A stretch of 64,000 nucleotides of DNA from Longimicrobiales bacterium (GCA_965219445.1 CBDCNQ010000005.1:1504001-1568000); one strand, 5' to 3'; numbered from the stretch's first letter, positions 8,477 through 18,191 are shown. Translations and numbers: made by a program. The notes: generated by a model from the letters alone, not told the origin.

Positions 8477-9744
8477 CAGAGGGACCTCAAGAAGGTAAGG
8501 AGCTGTCCTTGCGAATCCGGCGTCAGCCCGCGGAAGGCGTCTCGGCTGGCCGCACCCTCACCGCCGTGCAGCTCAATGGCGTCCCGAAGCGTGCCGGCCC
8601 GTCCGTCATGGAGGTAGAAAGCCTTACCTCCTTGGAAGTTCTGTTGGATCCCGATGCCCCAAAGCGGCGGTGTCCTCCATTCGCTCGTCAGGGCGGATCC
8701 CTCCGTGTATCCGTCATCCAAGTCGGGCCCCATGTCGTGAAGGAGCAGGTCCGTGTAGGGATGGAAGACCACTTCGCTCAGAACCGCGATGTCCGAGAGG
8801 CCCGTCCTGAGGGTCGGGAAGTGACAGCCGGCACAGCCGATGTCGGTGAAGAGCTGCTCGCCGGCGCGCACGTCGGGGTCGTTCTCGTCCCGGCGGGCCG
8901 GGACCCGGAGGGTCTTCAGATAGAACACGACGTTCGCCACCACGCTGGACGCGACCTCGGGGTCCGGTGCGTCGTCCGACGTGCGAGCGCCTTGCAGGGG
9001 GTTGAACAGGTCCTCCACAAGAAGATCGCTCGTGACGCCCATGTCCTGCAGGTAGGCCCCCACCGTCTGATGGAGAAGGTTGACCGTCAGCGCCTTCTTG
9101 CCGAAGCGGCCGATGTAGCGACCGTCCACCAAGGTGCCCCTGGCGGCGGGACCAGGGCTGGACTGGGCCTCGAGCGCGACCACGTTCTCGATGAGGTCCG
9201 ATGGTTCGTGGAGCTGTACGCGACCGCTGATGCCGTCTCCGTCCAGGTCGTCCGGATCTGCGACGGCGAGGAGCGTGGCGTCGTCAACAGCATCGAGGAA
9301 GCCCAGGCCCGTTACCGCAGGAGGCATGAACGTCGCCACCCCGGTGGCCGCCGCGGGTAAGGTCTCCGGCGGATGGCCCGCGATGGATCGATTCTGGAGT
9401 TGCGGACCGCCGAACCCAGGCATCGGATCGAAGCCGTTGACGGTGGACCGGCCGAAACGTCGGAAGTTGAAGGCCGGGTGCCCCTTTCCGTCGCCGACGT
9501 GACACTGCTCGCACGACGTTGCGACGAAGATCGGGCCCAAGCCGTCGGAGACCGAGAATCGGCGTCCGAACTCCTCGTCGCCTAGGAGGTGAAGTCGGAT
9601 CTGGCCCGAGGTGAGGCCCTCGACGGTACCATCGAGGGCCTCGTTGTCGGGCGGAAGACCGGGCGTGACGATATCGCAGGCCGACAGGGCGACGACGAGA
9701 ACGGGCAGAACGGTGACCCACCCGGCGCGGTGGTGGCCCATCAT
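8476..9744 (-). CDS. Di-heme oxidoreductase (DHOR / thiol oxidoreductase) family lipoprotein
   Basis: Lipobox LSAC; CEQCH and CAGCH; GLGP, DGDGISGR, GRFG.KA, TDLLLHDMG, WRTPPLWG, LHDGRA. Confidence 0.9.
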   Translation of the reverse strand: MMGHHRAGWVTVLPVLVVALSACDIVTPGLPPDNEALDGTVEGLTSGQIRLHLLGDEEFGRRFSVSDGLGPIFVATSCEQCHVGDGKGHPAFNFRRFGRSTVNGFDPMPGFGGPQLQNRSIAGHPPETLPAAATGVATFMPPAVTGLGFLDAVDDATLLAVADPDDLDGDGISGRVQLHEPSDLIENVVALEAQSSPGPAARGTLVDGRYIGRFGKKALTVNLLHQTVGAYLQDMGVTSDLLVEDLFNPLQGARTSDDAPDPEVASSVVANVVFYLKTLRVPARRDENDPDVRAGEQLFTDIGCAGCHFPTLRTGLSDIAVLSEVVFHPYTDLLLHDMGPDLDDGYTEGSALTSEWRTPPLWGIGIQQNFQGGKAFYLHDGRAGTLRDAIELHGGEGAASRDAFRGLTPDSQGQLLTFLRSL

Positions 9745-9753
9745 ACTTCCAAG

Positions 9754-9794
9754 TTTAGGCTAGCCTCAAAGTAGAAAGTTTAGGCTAGGCTAAA
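9754..9794. promoter_or_regulatory. Two tandem 16-bp near-palindromes, DtxR/IdeR/MntR-family-like operator
   Basis: TTTAGGCTAGCCTCAA (9754-9769) and TTTAGGCTAGGCTAAA (9779-9794), each 1 mismatch from TTTAGGCTAGCCTAAA, directly upstream of the DHOR start. Confidence 0.7.
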
Positions 9795-9806
9795 TTGAGC
9801 GCCACG

Positions 9807-10078
9807 TCAACACGGCTGCGCGAGTCCCACACGCCCGAGGGGTATCCGCTCCAGGTTGGGGTGCGCGACGTAGGCTCCCGGGACCACGTGGTTCACAAGG
9901 ATGTCAGCACGGCCGCGCGGCCGAGGTTCCGGCCGGACCCCGTGACTAGAGCGACCTTCCCCTCGACGGGCCGAGCGGACGTAGACAGCGTGGGACCGAC
10001 AAGCGGCAGCGCCATCGCCGCCCCCATTCCGCGTAGAGCCGTCCGTCGTGAAAGCGGTTTCCCTCTGCCGATCTCCAT
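9807..10078 (-). pseudogene. Collapsed short-chain dehydrogenase remnant with Tat leader
   Basis: SRRTAL leader and VALVTGSGRNLG, then in another frame DILVNHVVPG..IPLGRVG; most of the SDR core is missing. Confidence 0.7.
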
Positions 10079-10109
10079 GACTCGACTCCTGTTAGGCCGG
10101 CATCGGTCC

Positions 10110-10736
10110 TCAAGGAAGCTCGATAGCCGGGTTGACGTAGTCGGCCGCGAGGACCCGGTCGGGATCAGGACGCACGCTCAGGTAATCCACATGGTCGGGG
10201 ATGTTGGACCAACCATGCGGCACACCGGCTGGGATGATGACGACGTCGCCCACCTTCACGTCCTTGCTCTGCACATCACCCACGATTGTTCCGCTGCACG
10301 ACGGTCCGTTCAGAATGGTCGCCCCACGGCCGCCCGGTGCGGACTGGCGCCCGTTCATGATCTGGCCGCCGGTGACAAGTGTTCCACCGCCCGAGATGAT
10401 GACGTACGTCTCGGTCTGATAAAAGTGCAGGCCCCCCCTCGCGCCGCTCGGCGGACCATCGGATATTCCGCAAATCCGGGCCGGTGGCAGGGCTGCACCA
10501 CCACCACCACCGCCACGTCCGGCGCCGCCCGTGGCTCCTCGGTGAATCACGCCCACGGCGAGGTTGAGCTTCCCGATGTCCCGGCTGATGATCTGCCGAT
10601 CGGTCCCTGGAAGGGCATTCACCACCTGGACCTGCTCCGCAGTGATGTAGGTGGCAGACATGAGAGTCTGGGCAGTCACGCCGACGGGCAGCGCGAGAAG
10701 CGGTAAGACAAGCGTTGACCACGCTAGCGTTCTCAT
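10110..10736 (-). CDS. Secreted cupin-domain protein
   Basis: AAGGAG SD, signal peptide, H.YQTETYVIISGGG..GDVVIIPAGVPH. Confidence 0.8.
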   Translation of the reverse strand: MRTLAWSTLVLPLLALPVGVTAQTLMSATYITAEQVQVVNALPGTDRQIISRDIGKLNLAVGVIHRGATGGAGRGGGGGGAALPPARICGISDGPPSGARGGLHFYQTETYVIISGGGTLVTGGQIMNGRQSAPGGRGATILNGPSCSGTIVGDVQSKDVKVGDVVIIPAGVPHGWSNIPDHVDYLSVRPDPDRVLAADYVNPAIELP

Positions 10737-10921
10737 CGAACCCTCCTTGCTGAGTGGGAGGCCCAAGCTACGGGGCATGAGAAGGCGGGTCAAACGGGTG
10801 AGCTGAGACGCGTTCGGGGCGGTGGTGAGCAAGCTGTGGTTTCCTTGCTCACCAACCGTGTTGGTCGTACCCTGACTTCAGCGATCGCCTTCTCACTGAG
10901 CCGTACGAGCTGCCCCCAAAG

Positions 10922-13225
10922 ATGCCAGCACTGAGGAAGTTCCTCGACGAGATCCGCCACCCCTCCCTGTGGCAGGTGCTAGGTGTTTACCTAGCCGGTG
11001 GATGGGCGGTCTTCACGGTGATCCTCGACGTGTCCGAAGCGCTGCTGCTCCCGACGTGGGTCGTCCGGTACTCGCTAGCGCTACTGCTCGTCGGGCTGCC
11101 GATCACCCTCGTCACGTCGCACGTGCAGCAAGGGCTCTCGAAACGTGGCGTCGTGCCGCACAAGGGTATCCGACGCCTCTTCACGTGGCGGAACGCGCTC
11201 GTCAGTGGCGTGCTGGCTTTCGCGGCACTGGGGTTCGTTACGGCCGTGCGGATCGTGATGCCCGCCGCGCCGCCACAGCTTCCCGCGGGGAGTGCCGTGC
11301 CGCAGCTAGCGATCTTCCCAGCCACGGTCCGAGGGGGCGCCGACCCGGTCCTGCACGAGGGAATCGTAGACCTGCTACGTGGGAAGCTGGCAGTGATCTC
11401 CAACCTGCAGATCGTCGACCCCGGGACCGTGATCAAAGCCGCCGGCATGCAGTCGCAGGAGGTGGTGGTCGATGTGGCCCGTGCAGCTACCATCGCCAGC
11501 GAGCGTGGCTGGACTCTCTTCATACTCCCGGTAATCACGGCAAGCGGGGGAGAAATCCGCCTCCAGGCGTCTCTCTTCGACGTCGAGTCCACAGAGGAAC
11601 CGTTGGTCCTCGCCGAATCCGGGGGTGACGCCCTCGAGGTCTTCGCGCATATCGACGAGCTCGCCGTCGATCTCGTTCTCGCACAGTTCGGTCGGGCGAG
11701 CGCGCGGCTGGTGCGTTCCGCATTCCAGATGACCACTTCCGTTACCGCCTGGGAGAACTTCCTCCGGGGCGAGCAGGCGATGCGGAACTCACAGCACGAT
11801 GTGGCGGTCGAGGCGGACAACACGTTCGCGCTGGCGGAACTCCGGACCGCGATCGTCGCTGCCCTCATGGAAACGGACGGATCGTTCACGCATCTCGTGG
11901 GATCGGCGCCAAACGCGCTTCCGAGGGCTAGTGCACTCGTTGATCGACTCGACGAGCGTGACAGGGAGTTCCTCGCGGCTTACGAAGCGTTCCGTGCCGG
12001 CGAAGGCGACCGCGCCGAGGCGGCGTTCGAGGCTATGCTCATCGAACGGCCCGGAGACGTCGAGGCCCGTTTCTTTCTTGCGCAAACGCTCATGCGACTC
12101 AACCCAGCCCGGGGGCGCTCGGTGTTCGAAGCGCGGGCCGTATTCGAGGAGGTGCTGCGAGCCGACCCCGGCTTCACGTGCCCTATATGACCACTCTTAC
12201 AGCTCGTCGGGAGCGAGCATGACGCGGTAGCCTCAGACAGCCTCAACGCAATGCTTAAAGTGGTCCGCGGCTCGGGAAGACCCAATCATAATGACATGAT
12301 CAATACCGTCATGCGGGGTGACGATCAAACAGCCGAGGTGCTTTTCGCTCGCTTTGACGCCCGGCCGGCTGCCGTCAACTTGGCGTTTCCGATTCACGTC
12401 GCCGCCTGGGGCGGAGACTTTTCCATGGCGGTCAGGCTGGCCCAGGGATACACTCGGTCGGCGAACGCCGATCCGATCCGGCTCGCGGGGCACCTCAACC
12501 TCGCACGGCTCTTCGTGGCCCACGGAAGGTGGCGAGCCGCCGACGTCGAGCTCGAACGGGCCGCCGACGTCGACCTCGAGCAGGCACGCATGACACGAGC
12601 CGTCCTGGTGACCTTGCCTTTCCTATCCATCCCGCGCGACGACCTCGTGAGTGTGATGGAGGAGCTGCAGCGCTGGGCACCCTCAGTCCCGGAACAGGGA
12701 TCACCGCCAGAACGCGCGTACGATCAGCACGCTCGCCTCTATTTCATGGGTTTGCTGGCCTCGAAGTTGGGCGACGAGACGGGGGCTCTGGAATACGCGG
12801 ACGCGATCGAGGAACTCGGCGACGTTGCCGGGACCGCGGTACCTGGAGAGCTGGCGACAACGCTTCGGGCGGATGTCGCGTGGCGGCAGGGGAGCTCTCC
12901 TGCAGACGTTCTGCGCGCTCTCGAGCCCCTGCGCGGACAGGTCCCCGCGGTCCTCTGGGATCACCCGGCTTTCGGACAGGAGCACGCTCGGTATGTGCGG
13001 GCTTCGGCCCTCCACCGGGCCGGAGAGGACGCTGAGGCGCTTCGATGGCTCGAAGACACGTTCACCCTCACTCCTGGCACGGTGTACTACTTGGCTCCTA
13101 CCCGGTACCTAGCGGCCCAAGTGCTGGATGCCTCCGGTCGGGGCGAGCAGGCAGGCGAAGCCCGCGCAACGTACCGCGAACTTTGGGCGGATGCCGACGG
13201 GGGGATTTCGTTGCCCGGAGGCTGA
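10922..13225 (+). CDS. 3-TM membrane protein with TolB-like/FlgO-like domain and TPR-like repeats; in-frame TGA at 12188-12190 (candidate selenocysteine, 767 aa if read through)
   Basis: ORFs 10922-12190 and 12251-13225 share a frame and are separated by only one TGA in FTCPI-TGA-PLLQL; no SD before ATG 12251; helical repeats on both sides. Confidence 0.7.
12202..12218 (+). promoter_or_regulatory. Candidate bacterial SECIS hairpin
   Basis: GCTCG(T)-CGGGA-(G)CGAGC stem-loop beginning 11 nt after the in-frame TGA. Confidence 0.45.
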
Positions 13226-13266
13226 AATCCTCCCCGTCGGACCTGTATTGAACGGGCGGCCGGCGC

Positions 13267-14496
13267 CTAGTTACCGTTCAGACGGATGAACTTCTGGATC
13301 CGGTGGCCGGTCTGCACCTCGCCGGTGTAGAGATTTCCCTGGGAATCGAAACCCATGTAGTGGAGCCAATCGAAATGGCCGGGTTGTTTTCCACCCGTAC
13401 CCCAGGAGTAAACAGGCTCGAGCGTCGCCCTATCCAGAGCCCACACCTTGTTGTTGGTACCGTCGGGCACGTAAAGGAACCGCTGCTCGGTATCGAGCGG
13501 GTCGAACTCGGCGCCCCACGTGGATCCGGGCCCGTACGTCTGCGGAGCGAGTTCGTTCTCCATGATGTAGGTCCCGTCCAACTCGAAGACCTGGAAGCGG
13601 TTGCTGGGACGGTCGCTCACGTAGACCCGCCGGTCGTTGGAGATAGCCAATCCGTGGACGGGTGTACGCCACGTGGTTGTTCGGGGAGCGTTCGGGTCCC
13701 ACGGGCCCGGATTCTCGTCCTTTGGAACTTCACCATAGGCTCCCCAATGTCGTTTGTACTCACCGGTATTCGCATCGAAGACGACCAGCCGCCGATTGCC
13801 GTAGCCATCCGCTACGTAGATTTCGTCGGTCTCGGGGTCCACCTCCATGGTGGCGGCTCGGTTGACCGAGTTCGGGTCATTGCTGCCCTGGCTCACACCG
13901 ACGTCCCCGATCTTAAGCACCAACTCGCCGTCCTGCGTGAACTTCATCATGTGATGGTCGTCGCCTCCGTTCCCGGCGACCCACACGAATCCCTGGTAGT
14001 CCACATGAATTCCGTGCTCGCTGTTGAACCACTGGTATTCCCCGCCGGGATCATCGCCGCCCCAGGCTTGGATGACTTCCCCCGCCGGGTTGAACGCCAA
14101 CACGGGTGGCGCCGTCGTGCAGCAGAGCGATTGGACCGGATCGCTGCCCCACGATTGGTCTCGGGTGGTCATCGGCGGCGTCGAGCCGGCATTCGTACCC
14201 TGCACGGTGAACGGCCTGTGGATGATCCAGAGGTTGTCATTGCTGTCGATGGAGGTGCCGGCGACCTGCCCTATGATCCAGTTGTTGGGAAGGGGTTGGG
14301 GCCAGAACGGGTCGACCGCGAACTGCGCCACGCCTTCCGGCACCCCGGGGCCCGACGCGTCCGCGGGCATATTGGGCATGGAAGACGCCATCGCGGAAGA
14401 CGACATCCCGCCGTCGTCCATCCCGCATGCCGATGTGGCGAGGACCATTATCGATGTTACCAAGACTGCGCGAATCCAAGCTTGAGATCGGTTCAT
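13267..14496 (-). CDS. NHL-repeat beta-propeller lipoprotein (peptidyl-hydroxyglycine lyase-like)
   Basis: Lipobox TSAC; VDPFWPQPLPNNW, EHGIHVD, YVADGYGNRR, VYVSDR, DSQGNLYTGEV. Confidence 0.8.
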   Translation of the reverse strand: MNRSQAWIRAVLVTSIMVLATSACGMDDGGMSSSAMASSMPNMPADASGPGVPEGVAQFAVDPFWPQPLPNNWIIGQVAGTSIDSNDNLWIIHRPFTVQGTNAGSTPPMTTRDQSWGSDPVQSLCCTTAPPVLAFNPAGEVIQAWGGDDPGGEYQWFNSEHGIHVDYQGFVWVAGNGGDDHHMMKFTQDGELVLKIGDVGVSQGSNDPNSVNRAATMEVDPETDEIYVADGYGNRRLVVFDANTGEYKRHWGAYGEVPKDENPGPWDPNAPRTTTWRTPVHGLAISNDRRVYVSDRPSNRFQVFELDGTYIMENELAPQTYGPGSTWGAEFDPLDTEQRFLYVPDGTNNKVWALDRATLEPVYSWGTGGKQPGHFDWLHYMGFDSQGNLYTGEVQTGHRIQKFIRLNGN

Positions 14497-14607
14497 TGTT
14501 CGTCACCATGCAGAGGAATTTTTCCAAACGAAGCAGGACAAAGTAAGGCGGATATCGCCCCCTGCCAACCGACCGGAGGGATTTTCTGGGGGGCCCCGTT
14601 CGGGGCC

Positions 14608-15723
14608 TCAGTCGAGCAATCGCAGTGGCATCACCAGGCAAAGATAGTCTTCCGCCTCTTCGCCCTCCGCCGGAACCGGCTCGATGGTCGCGGCCCGCTC
14701 TGGAGCCTTGAGCGTGATTTTTACCTCGTCGGTGGACATGTACTTCAGCACCTCGAGTAAATACGCCGCATTGAATCCGATTTCGATTCCCTCTCCTTCA
14801 TACGTCAACTCCAGCTCGTCCTCTCCCTCGCCGAGATCCGGTGTGAGGACGTTCAGATGGACTCGATCGGACTCGAAAGCCATGCGGATCCGGTGCGTTT
14901 GGTCGCTCGCAACCACCGCCATACGGCGGACCGCGGATGTCAGCGCACCCTTTGCGACGATCGCAAACTTATCGTTGTCCTTCGGAATTACTTGTTCGTA
15001 GTTGGGGTATGTCCCTTCAATGAGCCTGGTATAGACTTCGGTGCCATCCGCCCGAAATCCGAGATGGTTACCGCTCTTGGCGACCTCGAGGGTCTCCTTA
15101 CTCTCGAAGAGACGCTGAACTTGCTGAAGTGCGATCGGGGGTACTATGAAGTCTTCGCTAGGGGCGCTAGACGAACCCGCAGCGACGCCCTTCCTAGCAA
15201 GGCGGTGCCCGTTCGTCGCAACCATACGCATGTGCCCGTCTCTCAACTCCCAAAGCACACCATTGAGGATCGGCCGGCTCTCCTCGGAGGAAACCGCAAA
15301 CGCGGTGTTCTTGATCAAACCGTGGAGGTCTCCACCTTGAACGCTCCATCCCTGCTCGAAGTCCACCTCCGGCAGTGTGGGAAAGGCATCACTTGGAAGA
15401 CCATTGAGCTTGAAGTGGCTCTTTCCGCACCTCAATTCGATTTGATCGCCTCGGGTACTCAACTCCACGGGTTGCTCCGCTAATTCCTTCACGATTTCCT
15501 GGAGCTTCTTTCCAGGCGCAGTGATGCTCCCTTGCTCCTTCACTTCCGCGGGAACCCATACGCGAACTGCTACATCCAGGTCAGTGCCACTCAACGAAAT
15601 CCCGTCTTCTCCGGCTTCGAAAAGGATATTCGAGAGAACGGGAAGAGTTGTCTTCGTCGGAATGCTCGCAGAAACGGCGGCAAGCCCCGTATGCAGGTTC
15701 TGCCGAGTGATCAAGCAATTCAT
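14608..15723 (-). CDS. dnaN: DNA polymerase III beta clamp
   Basis: LPVLSNI, GTDLD, SRPILNGV, ATNGHRLA, RLIEG.YPNY, MPLRL. Confidence 0.98.
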   Translation of the reverse strand: MNCLITRQNLHTGLAAVSASIPTKTTLPVLSNILFEAGEDGISLSGTDLDVAVRVWVPAEVKEQGSITAPGKKLQEIVKELAEQPVELSTRGDQIELRCGKSHFKLNGLPSDAFPTLPEVDFEQGWSVQGGDLHGLIKNTAFAVSSEESRPILNGVLWELRDGHMRMVATNGHRLARKGVAAGSSSAPSEDFIVPPIALQQVQRLFESKETLEVAKSGNHLGFRADGTEVYTRLIEGTYPNYEQVIPKDNDKFAIVAKGALTSAVRRMAVVASDQTHRIRMAFESDRVHLNVLTPDLGEGEDELELTYEGEGIEIGFNAAYLLEVLKYMSTDEVKITLKAPERAATIEPVPAEGEEAEDYLCLVMPLRLLD

Positions 15724-15984
15724 CGAGCCTCCACGGCGTCCTGGTTATGAACAGTGCCTAAATAGAAAATACTGAGTTATAGAAAAAAACTAGTAGTAGT
15801 AGAGAGTGTAAAAATGTTTAGAAACCGGCGTTCGTTAATGGTGGCAAGGAATCCGAATCTTTCCTCTTTTTGTGGAAACGAGAGAATATCAGTATTTCCA
15901 TCCGAGCATGTGGAAAAGGAGTAAGAAATCCTCGGATTTTCCACACACCGTACATGCTTCAAGCGAGTCACGTCCCTCGTCCAG
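15724..15984. other. oriC: Chromosomal replication origin oriC
   Basis: AT-rich dnaA-dnaN spacer; DnaA boxes TGTGGAAAC 15871-15879, TGTGGAAAA 15909-15917, TTTTCCACA 15937-15945; (TAG)4 at 15791-15802 next to an A-tract. Confidence 0.85.
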
Positions 15985-17364
15985 TCAAGATCCTCTCCCG
16001 ATTTCTGCACGTACGCCCTCAACCGTTTGGCGGAACTCGGCGTCGACGCTCATCGCGTCCTCGACTTTGCGAATCGAGTGGATTACCGTCGAGTGATCAC
16101 GGTCCCCGAATAGCTGACCGATGTGTACGAGAGAGTAGTCCAACAGATCTCTGATCAGGTACATGGCAACCTGGCGAGGGACCGTCAAGTCTTTGGTCCT
16201 TCGCTTCGAACTGAGAGCTTCTTCGCGGACTTGCCAGCGTGTCGCGACCGCTCTGCGGATGTGTTCGGCACCCAACACGGAGCCGGTGTTCCCCGAGGCA
16301 CTCCCGAAGCTTCCATGTAGCGCCTTGCGTGCAAGATCCACGGAAATCTCTTGATTCGTAATGGATGAATAGGCCAGTAACTTGATGATCGCCCCTTCGA
16401 GTTCGCGGACCGAGGACGTACAAAACTGTGCGATGAAGTCCATCACGTCGTGAGAGACCATGAGTCCGTCGTCGGCGGCCTTCTTGCGTAAGATGGCAAC
16501 CCGGGTTTCGTAGTCGGGCGACTTAATGTCGGCGACTAGGCCCCACTCGAACCTCGAAATGAGCCTCTCCTCGAGGCCGGGAATCTCCTTGGGAGGCCGA
16601 TCGCTCGTGAGTACGATCTGCTTTCGGGCATCATAGAGGGCGTTGAACGTATGGAAGAACTCCTCCTGGGTGCGCTCCTTGCCCCTGAGGAACTGAATAT
16701 CGTCGACGAGCAGGAGGTCCATCTGGCGGTATCGCCGACGGAACTCGGCCGTGGTTCCCTGCTGAATGGCAGTGACGAGGTCGTTGGTGAACTGTTCGCT
16801 TGGGACGTAGGCGATCCGCATGGTGGGGTCGGCCAGTAGCACGGCGTTCCCGATCGCGTGCATGAGGTGCGTCTTTCCGAGACCTACACCGCCGTAGAGG
16901 AAAAGAGGGTTGTATGTGAGGGCCGGTTGGTCGGCGACGGCATGGCACGCGGCCGTGGCGAGTTGATTGTTGTTTCCCACAACAAATCGCTCGAACGCGT
17001 AACGCTCGTTCAGTGACGGGGGAGGTCCGTCCCGGTCGGCCCCAGGTGCCGGCGGGCCGGCTCCAAGTGCGTGCGGGGTGACCTCGATGGTGGGCATCGG
17101 GGGCGCCGCGGCCGGGTCGGCGCAACGGAAGGTAAGGGTCAGAGGGCGACCCAGGATCTGCTGAATCACCTCCGAGAGGAGGGGTCCGTACCTATGGCCA
17201 ATCCACTCGACATGGAATTGGCTCGGTACCTCGACAAGAATCTCCGAGTCGGTGACCCCCACCGCGGAGGTGCCGGCGAGCCACGTGCGGTATGTCTGTC
17301 CCTGGAGTCTGTCTCGGGTTGCCTCGAGAACCCGGGACCAGAGCTCGTCGGCCGTGAACTCCAT
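15985..17364 (-). CDS. dnaA: Chromosomal replication initiator DnaA
   Basis: YNPLFLYGGVGLGKTHL, LLVDDIQF, QEEFFHTFN, RDHSTVIH. Confidence 0.99.
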   Translation of the reverse strand: MEFTADELWSRVLEATRDRLQGQTYRTWLAGTSAVGVTDSEILVEVPSQFHVEWIGHRYGPLLSEVIQQILGRPLTLTFRCADPAAAPPMPTIEVTPHALGAGPPAPGADRDGPPPSLNERYAFERFVVGNNNQLATAACHAVADQPALTYNPLFLYGGVGLGKTHLMHAIGNAVLLADPTMRIAYVPSEQFTNDLVTAIQQGTTAEFRRRYRQMDLLLVDDIQFLRGKERTQEEFFHTFNALYDARKQIVLTSDRPPKEIPGLEERLISRFEWGLVADIKSPDYETRVAILRKKAADDGLMVSHDVMDFIAQFCTSSVRELEGAIIKLLAYSSITNQEISVDLARKALHGSFGSASGNTGSVLGAEHIRRAVATRWQVREEALSSKRRTKDLTVPRQVAMYLIRDLLDYSLVHIGQLFGDRDHSTVIHSIRKVEDAMSVDAEFRQTVEGVRAEIGRGS

Positions 17365-17437
17365 GCGCTCCTAAGGTGAACGTTGACGCTTGCTGACGAA
17401 TGCGGAATGACGTCGGCTCAAGACGCTAGATTCCGAA

Positions 17438-17446
17438 TGTGGAAAA
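17438..17446 (-). promoter_or_regulatory. DnaA box in the dnaA promoter region
   Basis: TGTGGAAAA (TTTTCCACA on the minus strand) between dnaA and rpmH. Confidence 0.55.
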
Positions 17447-17617
17447 GTCAATTTCCCCTCTCAGCACGGTGGTCCTTGCCAGTCTCGCCCACCTTGACCG
17501 GCGCTCGCACACTCGGATATTTTAATATGCTCTGCATTCTGCTGCGCGGCCTATCCACGTGGCCGTGGGACGACGACCCACTGTACTTCTTCAACTGCCT
17601 TCTAGGCGCCGAACGTT

Positions 17618-17767
17618 ATGAAGCCCACATACAGGCCACGGAATCGGAAGCGCTTAAACAAACACGGTTTCCGGGAGCGTATGAAAACTCACGGTGGGCG
17701 AAAAACGCTTGCGAGGAGGCGGGCCCGGGGGCGCGGCCGCCTCGCGGTGAAGATCGGGTCGAAGTAA
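17618..17767 (+). CDS. rpmH: 50S ribosomal protein L34 (not in ORF track)
   Basis: [39 protein letters not shown]; canonical position. Confidence 0.97.
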   Translation: MKPTYRPRNRKRLNKHGFRERMKTHGGRKTLARRRARGRGRLAVKIGSK

Positions 17768-17786
17768 TCAGGCTCTAAGTAATCGG

Positions 17787-18191
17787 ATGATGGCAGCCCA
17801 TTCGGCTGCGGGGACGGGCCTGGGAGGAGGAGGATTTCGCTTACCTCGCTCGGGGCGGATCCGAAAGGCCCGAGACATTCGATCCCTTCTCAGGGACGGA
17901 TCGAGGAAGAAGACGCCCAGCTTGGACGTCTTCTTTTTATCTTCACCCACGGCGCGCAGCCGTTGGGGCATCATCGTCCCCAAACATCGACATTCCATCG
18001 TGGAGCGGAATCGTGTCAAACGACGTCTACGCGAGATCGGCCGAACCCGTGTGCTACCACGACTCAGGGAGCAGGGGCTGGCCTTGGACGTGTTGGTGAG
18101 GGCACGACGTGAAGTCTATGGGGTCGGGTATCGCAGACTGAGTGATGAGCTTCAGTCGATGACGGAGGATCTGTGTTCAGACGTGGGATGA
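17787..18191 (+). CDS. rnpA: Ribonuclease P protein component
   Basis: [20 protein letters not shown]; synteny. Confidence 0.95.
   Translation: MMAAHSAAGTGLGGGGFRLPRSGRIRKARDIRSLLRDGSRKKTPSLDVFFLSSPTARSRWGIIVPKHRHSIVERNRVKRRLREIGRTRVLPRLREQGLALDVLVRARREVYGVGYRRLSDELQSMTEDLCSDVG

Noticed and set aside
11770..11830. Possible small deletion in a TPR helix (HDVAVEADNTFALA looks short)
   Set aside because: Cannot be distinguished from natural variation without an alignment
13303..14760. 485-aa plus-strand ORF and similar long antisense ORFs (e.g. 1419-2438, 8509-9360, 21975-22892, 25429-26376)
   Set aside because: Shadow frames of well-supported genes in high-GC DNA, with no motifs
17383..17778. 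131-aa ORF between dnaA and rnpA
   Set aside because: It overlaps the true rpmH in another frame
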